Part shown: one piece after another, positions 27,307-37,255 of the stretch
How positions within the stretch are numbered: the first letter of the stretch is position 1
Layout: each line of letters begins with the position of its first letter
Assembly: GCA_045106415.1 (NCBI GenBank)
Contig: JBGCEP010000026.1
Span: forward strand, 64,001-128,000
Length of the DNA: 64,000 bases
Direction of reading: 5' to 3'
From: Oligoflexales bacterium
GTDB taxonomy: Bacteria; Bdellovibrionota_B; Oligoflexia; Oligoflexales; Bog-1112
The notes under the pieces: generated by a model
The model's input: the letters and a program-made list of their open reading frames with translations, nothing else
Databases searched by the model: none
Told to the model about the DNA's origin: nothing
Translations under genes and position numbers: made by a program

Positions 27307-28946
27307 AAGCTTTCTATCTATTTTTCATGTTTTTATCTTTTCAGGCTTACGCTGCAGAAGATATTTCTAAAGCTTTGAGGCGAGCGCAGTATCTTTTAAA
27401 TGCAACTGTCCCCACAGATCAAGAATATCAAAATCACGCTCAAGATGTTCAAAGTTATAGGAATGCTATAAGAGGATTTTTAGACCATAATAATTTTTAT
27501 GAAGCTGTTCTTCGCTATCATGAGCTGCAACTTGGCGTGGGTCTTCCTACAGATTATATTGACGAGCTTTTACGAAGTGATATTGATCATAAGACATCAA
27601 AATTTGCGACGATTGAATGTGGTGTCGAAGATAGTCGATTGGAATGCCAATGGGCAGGAAATACTTCAAATGAAACGTCAACATGTCCAGCATCTGCAGA
27701 GCAAGCTTCTTCAGTATTTTGGTATCCTGGGCTTGTTGCATGGGTATGTCCTTCGGTCATACGTGCATGTGGCTCCGACTTAAGTCGTTGCTTTATACGG
27801 TATCGAGATTCTGCTGCTGCACAACATAGTGAAATAGGAACAACAGAAGCTTTTGATTCTAGGTTTTCTGTTATCAAATCTTTAGGAAAGCAGTCTGCAG
27901 GACTTGCAACTGCAGTTGTTGTTGCAAACTACCCTTACACAAAAATTTTAGAGCCAGGATTATATGCTGTTGATGGTGCTATAGCTCATTTTTATAGGCA
28001 GTCTCATCATTTTGATTTAGCGAAATTAAACTTATCACCAAACTTAATTTCGCAAGTTGAGAAAATTTCATTAACAAATACGAGATATCGCTTGATTTAT
28101 GATGGAGGGCAATATGAACAAGCAGGTATTTTATCTTCTTTTGGTTGGCTGAGAAGGTATGAGAAAAATCGTACTCGTGCAAACCAGTTATATGAGCGAT
28201 TGCTATGTCGTCAATTCACAGCTGAACTTCCAAGGGTTTTTCCGCAAGATCCAGGAAATCTAAGAACAACCCCCGGATGTGAAGGGTGCCACTCTGTTTT
28301 GGATCCTTTGGCAGATTTTTTTACAACGTGGGGCGAGGGAGGCGACCTTTATTCTGGTGTTCATGAAGGTGTAGAAACATCTTTTGCTGGTAAAAGTGGG
28401 CGTTATTTGTCTGATCTTTCAAAAATTATTCGAGAAGATCCAGCTTTTGCGAGTTGTACCGTTGAGCATGTTTGGGAGTGGCTTATTGGGCGCAAATTCC
28501 ATGAAACAGAAGAAGATTTAAGAACATCGTTAACGAAGTATTTTATGGGCACGAATTATTCATTTAAAGAATTAGCATATGTTGTTGCAACTCACCCAGT
28601 CTTCCTTGAGGGATCCAGAGAAGACACTGATGTTATTGACCCTCTTGCACCCCAACCTTTAGGAGAACCACCTGGGAGTCGTGAGCTTGCTGTGTGTGAG
28701 GGGAGTGTTGATTTTGCGACACAGATAGCTGCTCCAGCAGCAGAGTATTGCCAAGGTTGTCATAATGGGCAAGGAACAACAATACCTTTAATAAGTGAGA
28801 ATGATTTTAGGACTTATGGAAAAGCGTCAGTGTTACAGGTTTCCGGTGGATTTATGCCTTTAAATTCATCAGGAGCTCCATTTAGTGGTCCTTTATTTGA
28901 TTTTAAAGAAAGCATTCGATGTTGGGTTGAGGAGCAGGGTTTATGA
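27303..28946 (+). CDS. Secreted DUF1588/DUF1585-like heme-c protein (two CxxCH)
   Basis: Signal peptide AYA; RTRANQLYERLLC...CEGCHSVLDPL; FASCTVEHVWEWLIGR...YSFKELAY; C-terminal CQGCH...FMP. Confidence 0.75.
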   Translation: MKAFYLFFMFLSFQAYAAEDISKALRRAQYLLNATVPTDQEYQNHAQDVQSYRNAIRGFLDHNNFYEAVLRYHELQLGVGLPTDYIDELLRSDIDHKTSKFATIECGVEDSRLECQWAGNTSNETSTCPASAEQASSVFWYPGLVAWVCPSVIRACGSDLSRCFIRYRDSAAAQHSEIGTTEAFDSRFSVIKSLGKQSAGLATAVVVANYPYTKILEPGLYAVDGAIAHFYRQSHHFDLAKLNLSPNLISQVEKISLTNTRYRLIYDGGQYEQAGILSSFGWLRRYEKNRTRANQLYERLLCRQFTAELPRVFPQDPGNLRTTPGCEGCHSVLDPLADFFTTWGEGGDLYSGVHEGVETSFAGKSGRYLSDLSKIIREDPAFASCTVEHVWEWLIGRKFHETEEDLRTSLTKYFMGTNYSFKELAYVVATHPVFLEGSREDTDVIDPLAPQPLGEPPGSRELAVCEGSVDFATQIAAPAAEYCQGCHNGQGTTIPLISENDFRTYGKASVLQVSGGFMPLNSSGAPFSGPLFDFKESIRCWVEEQGL

Positions 28947-30280
28947 AACAAAAAAGAATGATAGCAATTCCTCCAGAAGATGTTGAGATGTTTGGTCGTA
29001 GGCAGCTTTTTCAGCAAGGAGCAGCATTAACCGGTTACTTAAGTTTAGGATCTTTGTTTGGAACATCTGGACAAGCGCAAAGCACAAACTATCAACTTGC
29101 TAGAAATCTTATTTGGATTCGTATGGCGGGAGGCTGGGATACTCTTGAAACTACAGACCCGAAAGCAAATTCAACTGCAGATATACAAACTATTTATGGC
29201 TGGGATCAAGCTCATCAACTCACAGGTGCGGATGCAGCAACAAAGGTAGGTAGATGGTTTCCGAAAATAGCGACTCACGGGGAAGATATTGTTTTGTTAA
29301 GAGGTATGGCTATGGGGACAAACTCTCATAATGCAGGAACGGTATATATGGATACAGGGGTGTTGAGTAATGCGGGTCGAGTTGCTTCTGCTTCTATTCC
29401 TGCAATTGTGGCTTCTGAGGGAGAAGCCACAATCCCTATGATTGTTTTAAATGGGGGGCAAACACCACAGACAGATAGAGGGTTATTAAATCCAGTCTCT
29501 GTTGTAAGAGCTAATAATTTATCTTTGTATAGGTCTATGTATCCAACTGAAAATGATGCTATTGAACGATCTGTCCGTATGCTTGATTATTTAAAAAACT
29601 CTTTGACGCGTGTGCAGGATGAAAGAGGAAGCCATGATCGTTTAAATGAAATTGTTGCATCAGAAGAAAAAGTGAGAAGACAGTTTTTGGATAACGTTGG
29701 CCTTCGACTTCAGGTTGAGGATGAAGATATTCAACCTTTTTTAACAGGAGCTCCGACAGGGTTTCGGCGAAGAGATGCTGAAAATTTTGCTCTAGCACTT
29801 AAGCTGTTACGTGGTGGGGTGTGTAATGTTATGAGTCTTGGTATTGGTGGTTTTGATACACATAGTAACCAAACAGCAAACCTACAGCCAATTCTTACAG
29901 GGACAGATCATGTTCTCGATGTTTTTTTGTCTGCTTTAAAATCTTCAGGTCTTTTGGATACAACTCTTGTTGTTCTTCATTCAGAATTTGCTCGAACTCC
30001 TAAAGTTAATAATTCAAATGGTCGTGATCATTGGTCTGTAGGTGGAGCGATGATGATAGGAGGAGGGATTCAAGGGGGAAGAGCGGTAGGGGCAACTGAT
30101 GATTCTTATCGAGCTATGGACATTGACTTGGAGACTGGGCTTCCTTTGATTGGTGGTGCGCAGTTAAATCCAACACATTTTGCTGGAAGCTTGCTTGAAC
30201 TGACTCTTGGGGCAAGCTATGCGGGTTTGAGAACCTACTTGGAATCTATACCTGCCTTGACTCGTTTGAAGACTGCTTGA
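28943..30280 (+). CDS. Tat-exported DUF1501-family protein
   Basis: GRRQLF twin-arginine signal; MAGGWD, TNSH, GGFDTHSNQ, SEFARTPKVN, GRDHW and GGGIQGGRAVG. Confidence 0.85.
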   Translation: MKQKRMIAIPPEDVEMFGRRQLFQQGAALTGYLSLGSLFGTSGQAQSTNYQLARNLIWIRMAGGWDTLETTDPKANSTADIQTIYGWDQAHQLTGADAATKVGRWFPKIATHGEDIVLLRGMAMGTNSHNAGTVYMDTGVLSNAGRVASASIPAIVASEGEATIPMIVLNGGQTPQTDRGLLNPVSVVRANNLSLYRSMYPTENDAIERSVRMLDYLKNSLTRVQDERGSHDRLNEIVASEEKVRRQFLDNVGLRLQVEDEDIQPFLTGAPTGFRRRDAENFALALKLLRGGVCNVMSLGIGGFDTHSNQTANLQPILTGTDHVLDVFLSALKSSGLLDTTLVVLHSEFARTPKVNNSNGRDHWSVGGAMMIGGGIQGGRAVGATDDSYRAMDIDLETGLPLIGGAQLNPTHFAGSLLELTLGASYAGLRTYLESIPALTRLKTA

Positions 30281-30340
30281 GAAAGATTGCGGTCCTTCTA
30301 TAGCTATGACACGATCAAAAGAATCTGTTCGTGTGAGGTT

Positions 30341-31447
30341 ATGATGAAATTTTTGTACTTTTTGATAGTGTCTACTCCTCTTTATAGTCAAGGTCTTCTT
30401 GAAACAAAAATATTTTCTTCGACAGAAAGTTTTCACGGTACTCCTTTTGCTTTAAATCCTGCTGTAGATCGCAGTGATGTATTACAAGGAGATGCTATTC
30501 TTTATCGTGAAACGTCGGAACATATTTGGACAGATAATGACAATGTTGAAAAAGCAGATGTATCAGGTGAAATTCAAGGTGTCGGCGTTGTTACGAATGT
30601 AGGTTCTGGTCTTATGATTGGTTTTTCGTATCAGAGGTTGACTTATACAGACACTCTGTCTCGCGATCAAAGAGGTGAAGTTTTCGAAAACTGGAAAAAA
30701 CAGCAATCTATGGCTCGTATTGCTGTTGAACTCACAGAACATCTTCATGCTGGTTTTTTGTTGAAATTCTTAGATGTTGAATATGATCTGCTTGGCTCTT
30801 TTTTTATAAACTCTTCTGAACGAGCTTTGTTAAAACCGTCTCTGTTTGGAAGCGGCGGAGGGCTTGTGATGACCTTTGATCGTATGGTTTTGTCCGGTGC
30901 TTGGGTTCCTACAATGAAAGGTAAAGCTAAGGTTCTAGGTGAAGAATTTATCGTTACAGAACCTGGTTTGTCAGAAATGACCTTATCTTCAAAACATCAA
31001 CAAATGATGGGAGGTATTGGAGTGCGTCGTTGGATTTACCGTAAAGATGATAGAGTGAATGGGACAACGGCAAATAATGAGAATCAAACTCAACTAAACC
31101 TGATGGGTTTAAATTCAGGTATGTCGAAAGTTTTTCCTATGTATAGTCGTTTTATAGATGTTGAAGCTTGGATGACGCCTGCTTTAAAAGCAGGCGTGCG
31201 GCTCGCATATACAGATTATGAAGTTCACACTGACTTACAGAGAACTTTTCCAGGTGAAGAAGCTGTGAGCCGGAAATTTTCAGCATTTCACCTGCAAGCT
31301 CACGCAACAATTAAAACAAAAGGCGCAGAACTTTCTTTAATGGCTTTGAGGGATTCTAGAAAATGGGAAGGTGAGAATAATAATCGCCCATTAAGCTATA
31401 AACAAAAAGAACAAAGCATAGTATTTCAAGTTCGAAGTCAAATTTAA
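30341..31447 (+). CDS. Putative outer-membrane beta-barrel protein
   Basis: Signal peptide; alternating amphipathic strands (GLMIGFSYQR, HAGFLLK, GVRLAYTDY); terminal strand SIVFQVRSQI. Confidence 0.6.
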   Translation: MMKFLYFLIVSTPLYSQGLLETKIFSSTESFHGTPFALNPAVDRSDVLQGDAILYRETSEHIWTDNDNVEKADVSGEIQGVGVVTNVGSGLMIGFSYQRLTYTDTLSRDQRGEVFENWKKQQSMARIAVELTEHLHAGFLLKFLDVEYDLLGSFFINSSERALLKPSLFGSGGGLVMTFDRMVLSGAWVPTMKGKAKVLGEEFIVTEPGLSEMTLSSKHQQMMGGIGVRRWIYRKDDRVNGTTANNENQTQLNLMGLNSGMSKVFPMYSRFIDVEAWMTPALKAGVRLAYTDYEVHTDLQRTFPGEEAVSRKFSAFHLQAHATIKTKGAELSLMALRDSRKWEGENNNRPLSYKQKEQSIVFQVRSQI

Positions 31448-31455
31448 AAAGAAAA

Positions 31456-33051
31456 TTACTGAGTCATAAAATGCGGCCAGTACCAGTTTTCAGCAAAGCG
31501 AGAACTAGGTTCAGTACTGTATGTGAGTCGATAACCTTGGAGATCTTTAGCAATCCAGCTAGACCAAGATCTATATTGGAGAGGTAAGATCGGAGGGTCG
31601 TTTAAAAAAATATTTTGGAGATGATGTAATTTTTTGATGTGCATGTGAGCTTTAAATTGATGCCTTATAGAGTTAAGAGTGCGATCAAAATCAGGGCTCA
31701 TATAGCCCCCAATATTCTGTCCCATAAAATTGTTGCTATCAGAAGGGATAAAGTGAGAATGGAAAAGGTGGGCAGAAGGTACTTCTATTGGAACTGTCCA
31801 TGCCGTCCATGCTAGACCTGTAAATAATGACTTTTTTAATCTCTGTACCCAGTCTTTTTTAGGAATTTTTTCAAGATCAAGAATAATACCGTGTGCAAAC
31901 CAAGTTTTTTTGAGAGCTGTAAACATTTTATGTAAACCTACTTTTTCTTCCGGATAAATGAGATTGATGTGTAGGTTTTTTCCTTTTTTCATATAAAGGC
32001 CATTTTTTTGAGGAACCCACCCTTGTTCTTTGAGATTTTTCGCCGCTATTTCTGGGTCCCATAATGTCTGAGGAGGAGATATTTTAGAAAATGATTTTGG
32101 ATGCAAAAAGGTAGTTGCAGGGTGTTCTGTGTCAACTTTTGTGAGTGCAAGCAAAGCTGATCGTATGCGAGATGATCTTAAAAGAGGGTTGCGAGTATTG
32201 ATCACAAAGTGATCTAAGATTTGTGAAGGCCCAAATGTATGTCGATGAAATTTAGAATGACTTTCCAGCGGAGTAAGCGTTTCTATTGTGATATCAATTT
32301 TATTACTTTGTAATGCTTCTTTTAAATATTTTTCCTTTGAGAAAGAAATAATTTCAATATGTTCAAGTCCCGCTGTTGTTGCTGAAAAAGGATTTTGATG
32401 AAATGAAATTTTATTCTGAGTATGAGAAGCTAATACCCATGGAGTGTGGCTGTGGCCTGGATTGGGATAGGCCATAAAATTAACAGATGGCTTATCAGTT
32501 GAAAAATGATGCGAAGGAAGAAGTCTGAGTTCTGGCAAGAATCGATGTTCGTATTCCGCATTTTTGAGATGAATAATGATCTTGTTTGGAGATGTAGGAT
32601 CCTCTTCAAAACTTCGTACATGTGATGAGAGAGCTGTTTTTTGATTTGAAGTTTGTGCAAACTTCCACCAAGTTAAAATATCTTTTACTGTAATCTTTGT
32701 ACCATCGCCCCACCGTTGATTTGAACGTAGAGTGATAGTGATACTTACTCTTTGAGAGTTTTTAGGGTGAATTTTGATACCGTCATTTTCAAGACTGGGC
32801 ACAGTTTCGCATAATGGACAAATCATATTTCCTTGCTGATCATGAAAAAACAATGGGCGATTTATCAGAGTTAAGGCCCACTCGGAAGCTTTATTGTCAG
32901 GGTTGAGAGGATCTAAGCGTGAAATTTTTTCAATTGTGCCGATACGTAGAGTTGTACGTGTTCTTTGTGGGGTTGGCTTAAAACTGGTTGTGAAGCCCTG
33001 AAAAGAAAACATGCTTATGCACAGTAGGGTGAAGTATCGTAAAAATAGCAT
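31456..33051 (-). CDS. ABC transporter substrate-binding protein, family 5 (peptide/nickel type)
   Basis: LRIG...RLDP, VPSLENDG, RWGDGTKITVKD, NLKEQGW, GQNIGGY and DPPILPL. Confidence 0.85.
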   Translation of the reverse strand: MLFLRYFTLLCISMFSFQGFTTSFKPTPQRTRTTLRIGTIEKISRLDPLNPDNKASEWALTLINRPLFFHDQQGNMICPLCETVPSLENDGIKIHPKNSQRVSITITLRSNQRWGDGTKITVKDILTWWKFAQTSNQKTALSSHVRSFEEDPTSPNKIIIHLKNAEYEHRFLPELRLLPSHHFSTDKPSVNFMAYPNPGHSHTPWVLASHTQNKISFHQNPFSATTAGLEHIEIISFSKEKYLKEALQSNKIDITIETLTPLESHSKFHRHTFGPSQILDHFVINTRNPLLRSSRIRSALLALTKVDTEHPATTFLHPKSFSKISPPQTLWDPEIAAKNLKEQGWVPQKNGLYMKKGKNLHINLIYPEEKVGLHKMFTALKKTWFAHGIILDLEKIPKKDWVQRLKKSLFTGLAWTAWTVPIEVPSAHLFHSHFIPSDSNNFMGQNIGGYMSPDFDRTLNSIRHQFKAHMHIKKLHHLQNIFLNDPPILPLQYRSWSSWIAKDLQGYRLTYSTEPSSRFAENWYWPHFMTQ

Positions 33052-33127
33052 GTGAGCCTCTTCGGTGATGATGGGATCAAGAGAATGATTGCACTCTTCT
33101 GGGTTATATCAAAAAGAAGGATGAAAT

Positions 33128-33751
33128 TTGAATAAAGAGTTCTATAAATTAATATTTATTCTCACATCATGGACATCGTTTGCGCTTTTAGGAGATATTT
33201 TGCGCCAAAGGCACCAATTGATGCATGACTTAGTCTCTGCTCCAACAAAAAATTTTAAACCAGTGATGGGGTATCAAGTCTTGGTTTTTCCAACAAAGAA
33301 AAGACTACAAGCTTTACCGCTATCGATACGAAGACGTAGCCGCTTAGCAGCTTTAAGTCTTCATCATAGCTTAACGAATAAACCTCGACTATATGATTTA
33401 GGAGTTCTCGATAAAAGGAACCATAACCAAACGGTCTTTGTTGCGCTTCGAAAAGATATCCCGAATTGGGATCGAATGTATTGGGTAATGATGAGGGTTT
33501 TAGCGAAAGAATATTCTTGCATGATGCTTAAGAGAAAGAAATCTGCATCTGGGATGCAGGCTTTTTGTAAAGATGGCCGTGGTGTTTCTTTACATCAATA
33601 CTCAGGAGGAAGCTGGTTAGGTTTTGATGCTGTGAGATTATCTAGAAAAATGGCCCGGCATATTTTTAATCAAAATAAGTCGAATCATCCTTCAGGGCGG
33701 CTCCAAAAAGCTTGGTTAGCAACTCGTCGTGAGTTGAAGGCTTCTGAGTAG
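33128..33751 (+). CDS. Hypothetical basic protein with possible signal peptide
   Basis: 207-aa ORF filling the gap, with an SD-like AAGGA before TTG. Confidence 0.6.
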   Translation: MNKEFYKLIFILTSWTSFALLGDILRQRHQLMHDLVSAPTKNFKPVMGYQVLVFPTKKRLQALPLSIRRRSRLAALSLHHSLTNKPRLYDLGVLDKRNHNQTVFVALRKDIPNWDRMYWVMMRVLAKEYSCMMLKRKKSASGMQAFCKDGRGVSLHQYSGGSWLGFDAVRLSRKMARHIFNQNKSNHPSGRLQKAWLATRRELKASE

Positions 33752-33785
33752 GAGCAGTGTGCTTGGCCGTGTTGTGTCACTAAAA

Positions 33786-34865
33786 CTAAGTTTTTCTTAG
33801 GGCAAGTATTTGAAAACTCAAAAATATTGTTAAAACGATATTTGAGCTCCAAGCAGCTAAGAAAGCAGGCAAATCTCCAGCAATACCAAGAGCTTTGCAA
33901 GCGCTTAGAATAAACCAGTAGCTGATACCAACAGAGAAAGCGATCAATATGCTTCTGATTGTTTCTGTGCGGCGTTCTGATTGGTACCCAAAGGGAAGGC
34001 CCATAAGGCTGACTAGAAGTGAGGCTAAAGGGTATGCCCATTTTAAATGCCATGCGATGGCATATTTAACAACTTCTCCTCCATATTTTTTTCCACGATC
34101 AATTTGTTGACTTAATTCCCAAAGACTCATTTCATCAGGCTGACTTTTATCGATGTACAGTTGGGCAGCCAGAATAGGAAGTTTTAAAAGCATAGAGGAG
34201 TGATGTTCTGCATGGGTGAGTTTTTGTTCATAGAAAGTTAATGTTTTAGGTTTAATGAGTTCCCAGCTGTGACCATTTCGAATAGCTTCAGCAGCGTGTA
34301 TTGCTTTTTTAACGTGAAAATTTTTATTTAAATGCAATATGCTGATGTTAGATAAAGTTCCGTGTTGAATATCAAGATCTTGAAAATGAATCATGCGTCT
34401 ACCGTCTTTAACCCATTGAGATGCAGCTAAATGACTTTTATCCTTTTGCCCTTCTATTAAAATATCTTGGACGTAATGCATGTGTTTGGATGTTATAGGG
34501 ATAATGAAATTATTTAAAATAAAAGAGAGTGCTGACAATACAAGTCCACCAAAAAAAAGTGGTAATGCTACTCTCCAAGGAGCCATTCCTGCTGCGCGCA
34601 TTGTTGTTATTTCATTACTTCTTCCGAGAAGTACCATCACAATAATTGTTCCCATAAGAGAACCTATAGGGAGAACTTGCATAATTTGAAATGGAAGTTG
34701 ATAAAAATAATACTGTGCAATCAGAGCGCTAGAGGGTTCGTATTTTGAAAAATACCCAGTCGATTTATGAATGAAGTCAAAGAGAATAAATAGAAATAAG
34801 CACAAGGTTAAAGTTCCAAAAACATAGCGGGTATATTCTTTGAGAACATATCGAAATAAAATCAT
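33786..34865 (-). CDS. lptG: LPS export ABC permease (LptF/LptG family, LptG-like)
   Basis: ILFRYVLKE, SNEITTMRAAG, PDEMSLWEL, KWAYPLAS and LPAFLAAWSSN. Confidence 0.85.
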   Translation of the reverse strand: MILFRYVLKEYTRYVFGTLTLCLFLFILFDFIHKSTGYFSKYEPSSALIAQYYFYQLPFQIMQVLPIGSLMGTIIVMVLLGRSNEITTMRAAGMAPWRVALPLFFGGLVLSALSFILNNFIIPITSKHMHYVQDILIEGQKDKSHLAASQWVKDGRRMIHFQDLDIQHGTLSNISILHLNKNFHVKKAIHAAEAIRNGHSWELIKPKTLTFYEQKLTHAEHHSSMLLKLPILAAQLYIDKSQPDEMSLWELSQQIDRGKKYGGEVVKYAIAWHLKWAYPLASLLVSLMGLPFGYQSERRTETIRSILIAFSVGISYWFILSACKALGIAGDLPAFLAAWSSNIVLTIFLSFQILALRKT

Positions 34866-36160
34866 AAAATAGCCCCGTGTTTTTCAAGTTTGGAAGCGTG
34901 TTTGATTTTTTTAACAGTATTTTCATACTCTTCCTGCATGTGACTGCGGCTGATTTTAACAGGAAGAGTGTCCCATAAGACCCACTCTCCATCCACCATC
35001 ACGTGCTGTACATGACGTGATTGAAAACTATAGAGTAAATTTTCACCTGAAGACGTAAGGGGGAGGGTATCAAGGTCTAGCTTCATAAAAACAAGATCAG
35101 CAACATTACCTTCTACAAGTTGGCAGCTTGGAAGATTAAATACAGATTGAGGTGCAGTAGTGACCATTTGGAAAATATCTTTTGCAGAATGCTGTATTTT
35201 TCTATCTCTGAGGATAAGAGATGCGAAACGCATTTCACTTAGTAAATCTCCATGATCATTGCATGCCGCACAGTCGGTCCCTAAAGATATTTTAAGGTTC
35301 TGTTCCCAAATGTCTTTAATGGGTGACATTTCATCGTATAAGAGCTGAGAGGAGGGGCAAAATCCTGCTGAAGTTCCTTGGTCATGTAATATTTTTAAAT
35401 CTTTTTGAGTTGCAGAGACGAGGTGTACTGCAAGGGTGTGTGGAGTGAGAACACCACATTTTTGTGCGTACTCGACAGGCGAAACACCTTCTCTTTGTTG
35501 AACACGTTCTCTTTCGCCATCTGTTTGAGACAAGTGAAGATGAATGGGTATGTTTTGTGAAGTTGCGTACGCTCCAATTTCTGACATTAATTTTTTTGAA
35601 ACTGTATCAGCAGCGTGTGGGGCAAGGCTTGGTTTGACTCTAGAGTATTCCCATGACTCTATCTCAGAACGTGCTTGTTTCCAGCTTTGTTGGCCATCAA
35701 AAACACTATTGATATCTGCTATGGTTTCACCAACTACCCCTCGGACACCAAGAGTTTCCATGGCATCAGCAACACCGTGAGAACCGTAATAATGATCGAC
35801 AAAACAAGTCACACCACTTCGAAGTCCTGCGTACAGATATGACCAGCTTAAAGCTTTCATCCATTCTTTCTTTAAGGCTCTTTCAGCAGGATAAAAGATA
35901 TTTTCAATCATATCAGTGGCACCGTAGGTAAGGCCTCGAAAAAATCCCATAGCAACATGAGTGTGGCTGTTGGTCCAACCTGGAGTGATCAGATAACCAC
36001 CTGCATCGATTTCGACCTCAGCACTTCGATGAGGATCGCTCAAAATACCGTTTTCAATACGGAGACTTCCTTTCGTTATAGAGCCGTCTTTTTGAAGTAA
36101 GCACGCGTTTTGAAAACGAATGGAATGGTATTGAAGTGGATTTTTAGAGGAAAGGCTCAG
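34862..36160 (-). CDS. Amidohydrolase (MTA/SAH-deaminase-like), probably with a CTG start
   Basis: PGWTNSHTH, APHA, HLHLSQ, AVH and LGTD..ACND. The frame is open 39 codons upstream of TTG 36043 to CTG 36160, which follows AAGGAG. Confidence 0.85.
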   Translation of the reverse strand: MSLSSKNPLQYHSIRFQNACLLQKDGSITKGSLRIENGILSDPHRSAEVEIDAGGYLITPGWTNSHTHVAMGFFRGLTYGATDMIENIFYPAERALKKEWMKALSWSYLYAGLRSGVTCFVDHYYGSHGVADAMETLGVRGVVGETIADINSVFDGQQSWKQARSEIESWEYSRVKPSLAPHAADTVSKKLMSEIGAYATSQNIPIHLHLSQTDGERERVQQREGVSPVEYAQKCGVLTPHTLAVHLVSATQKDLKILHDQGTSAGFCPSSQLLYDEMSPIKDIWEQNLKISLGTDCAACNDHGDLLSEMRFASLILRDRKIQHSAKDIFQMVTTAPQSVFNLPSCQLVEGNVADLVFMKLDLDTLPLTSSGENLLYSFQSRHVQHVMVDGEWVLWDTLPVKISRSHMQEEYENTVKKIKHASKLEKHGAIL

Positions 36161-37068
36161 GGCTTACTCCTTAAGTTCTTATTTCTTTGGTCGTTAATGG
36201 CCCAATTATAATCAAAATCAAAGCTGGAAGACAGCTTTAAAACAAAGCGGCTTGTATCATTAAAGTTTTCTTCGAAATGTTTTTTCTTTAAATAATTTGT
36301 GCTTTTAGGTTTTGTTTTGTCGACTGTTAAGAATTGGCTAAGGTAAGTTCCTGCTCCTGGCTTTTGCTTATCAAAGTCAGCATAATACCAAAAAACAATA
36401 CTATTTGCGTACATTGTGTTGTTATCTATCATACGAAATTGATCGTCGGATTCTAAAAATTCTTTCATGTTCTCATTAAGCATTTGATTGATGTTTGTAG
36501 GTGTGTACGCAATTTCGCGTACGCGGGGGCAGCTGATTGCAGCACAGTTTACAGCGGAGTGTATCCTAGGGTCGAGCTTTGAAACTTCAAAACCAGAAAA
36601 TCCATCAGGTATATCGGCTCCTCGAATAAGGCCGTGCTCTATACCGTCGAGGTTAATTTTTAAACCTGCAATATCGACCTTATAATCTCCATCCCAAATG
36701 TTTCCACCTGGAACTTCAATGTCATTGATTTTGAGATGGATAAATTGAGAACTTGCAACAGGAATTTTTTTTTCGTGCGCAAATCGGAGTAAATTAGCCA
36801 TCATAGTTGCGTTATATAAATTGATATAAAATGCAGTCTTTTGTGTATTTGTCCAAGATTTTATTTCATCAGCACGAAGGTTTTGATAACTTTTTATGAA
36901 TGAATTTAATTTTTTTTCTTTAGATAAACCAATGTAGTTTACGCCACCTTCTTGATCAACGTATTTTTCTACGATCTCATTCCACAGCTCTGTCTTGGGA
37001 TGAGCTTTAAGTTCAGTGAGATGAAATAGCCAAAAAAAAGTAAAAAAGAAACAGATTTGCTTATGCAT
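36157..37068 (-). CDS. Secreted DUF547-domain protein
   Basis: GGVNY, AFYINLYNA, LDGIEHGLIR, DPRIHSAVNCAAISCP and YNWAIND. Confidence 0.88.
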   Translation of the reverse strand: MHKQICFFFTFFWLFHLTELKAHPKTELWNEIVEKYVDQEGGVNYIGLSKEKKLNSFIKSYQNLRADEIKSWTNTQKTAFYINLYNATMMANLLRFAHEKKIPVASSQFIHLKINDIEVPGGNIWDGDYKVDIAGLKINLDGIEHGLIRGADIPDGFSGFEVSKLDPRIHSAVNCAAISCPRVREIAYTPTNINQMLNENMKEFLESDDQFRMIDNNTMYANSIVFWYYADFDKQKPGAGTYLSQFLTVDKTKPKSTNYLKKKHFEENFNDTSRFVLKLSSSFDFDYNWAINDQRNKNLRSKP

Positions 37069-37255
37069 AAGAAAGCCTTTTATTTTATAAAAACTGTTGT
37101 AAAAATTTTAGCATGACCTTAAATAGCGTGTCTTCATATTGACCTTTTAGAAGTAAACAAGTTTGTTTTTTTTTAACACATTATAACCTCCTGTAATGAA
37201 ATACTTTATCCTTTGGTTGTTCAAATATTTGAAGCGAAATGTCGATGTGCTCTGT

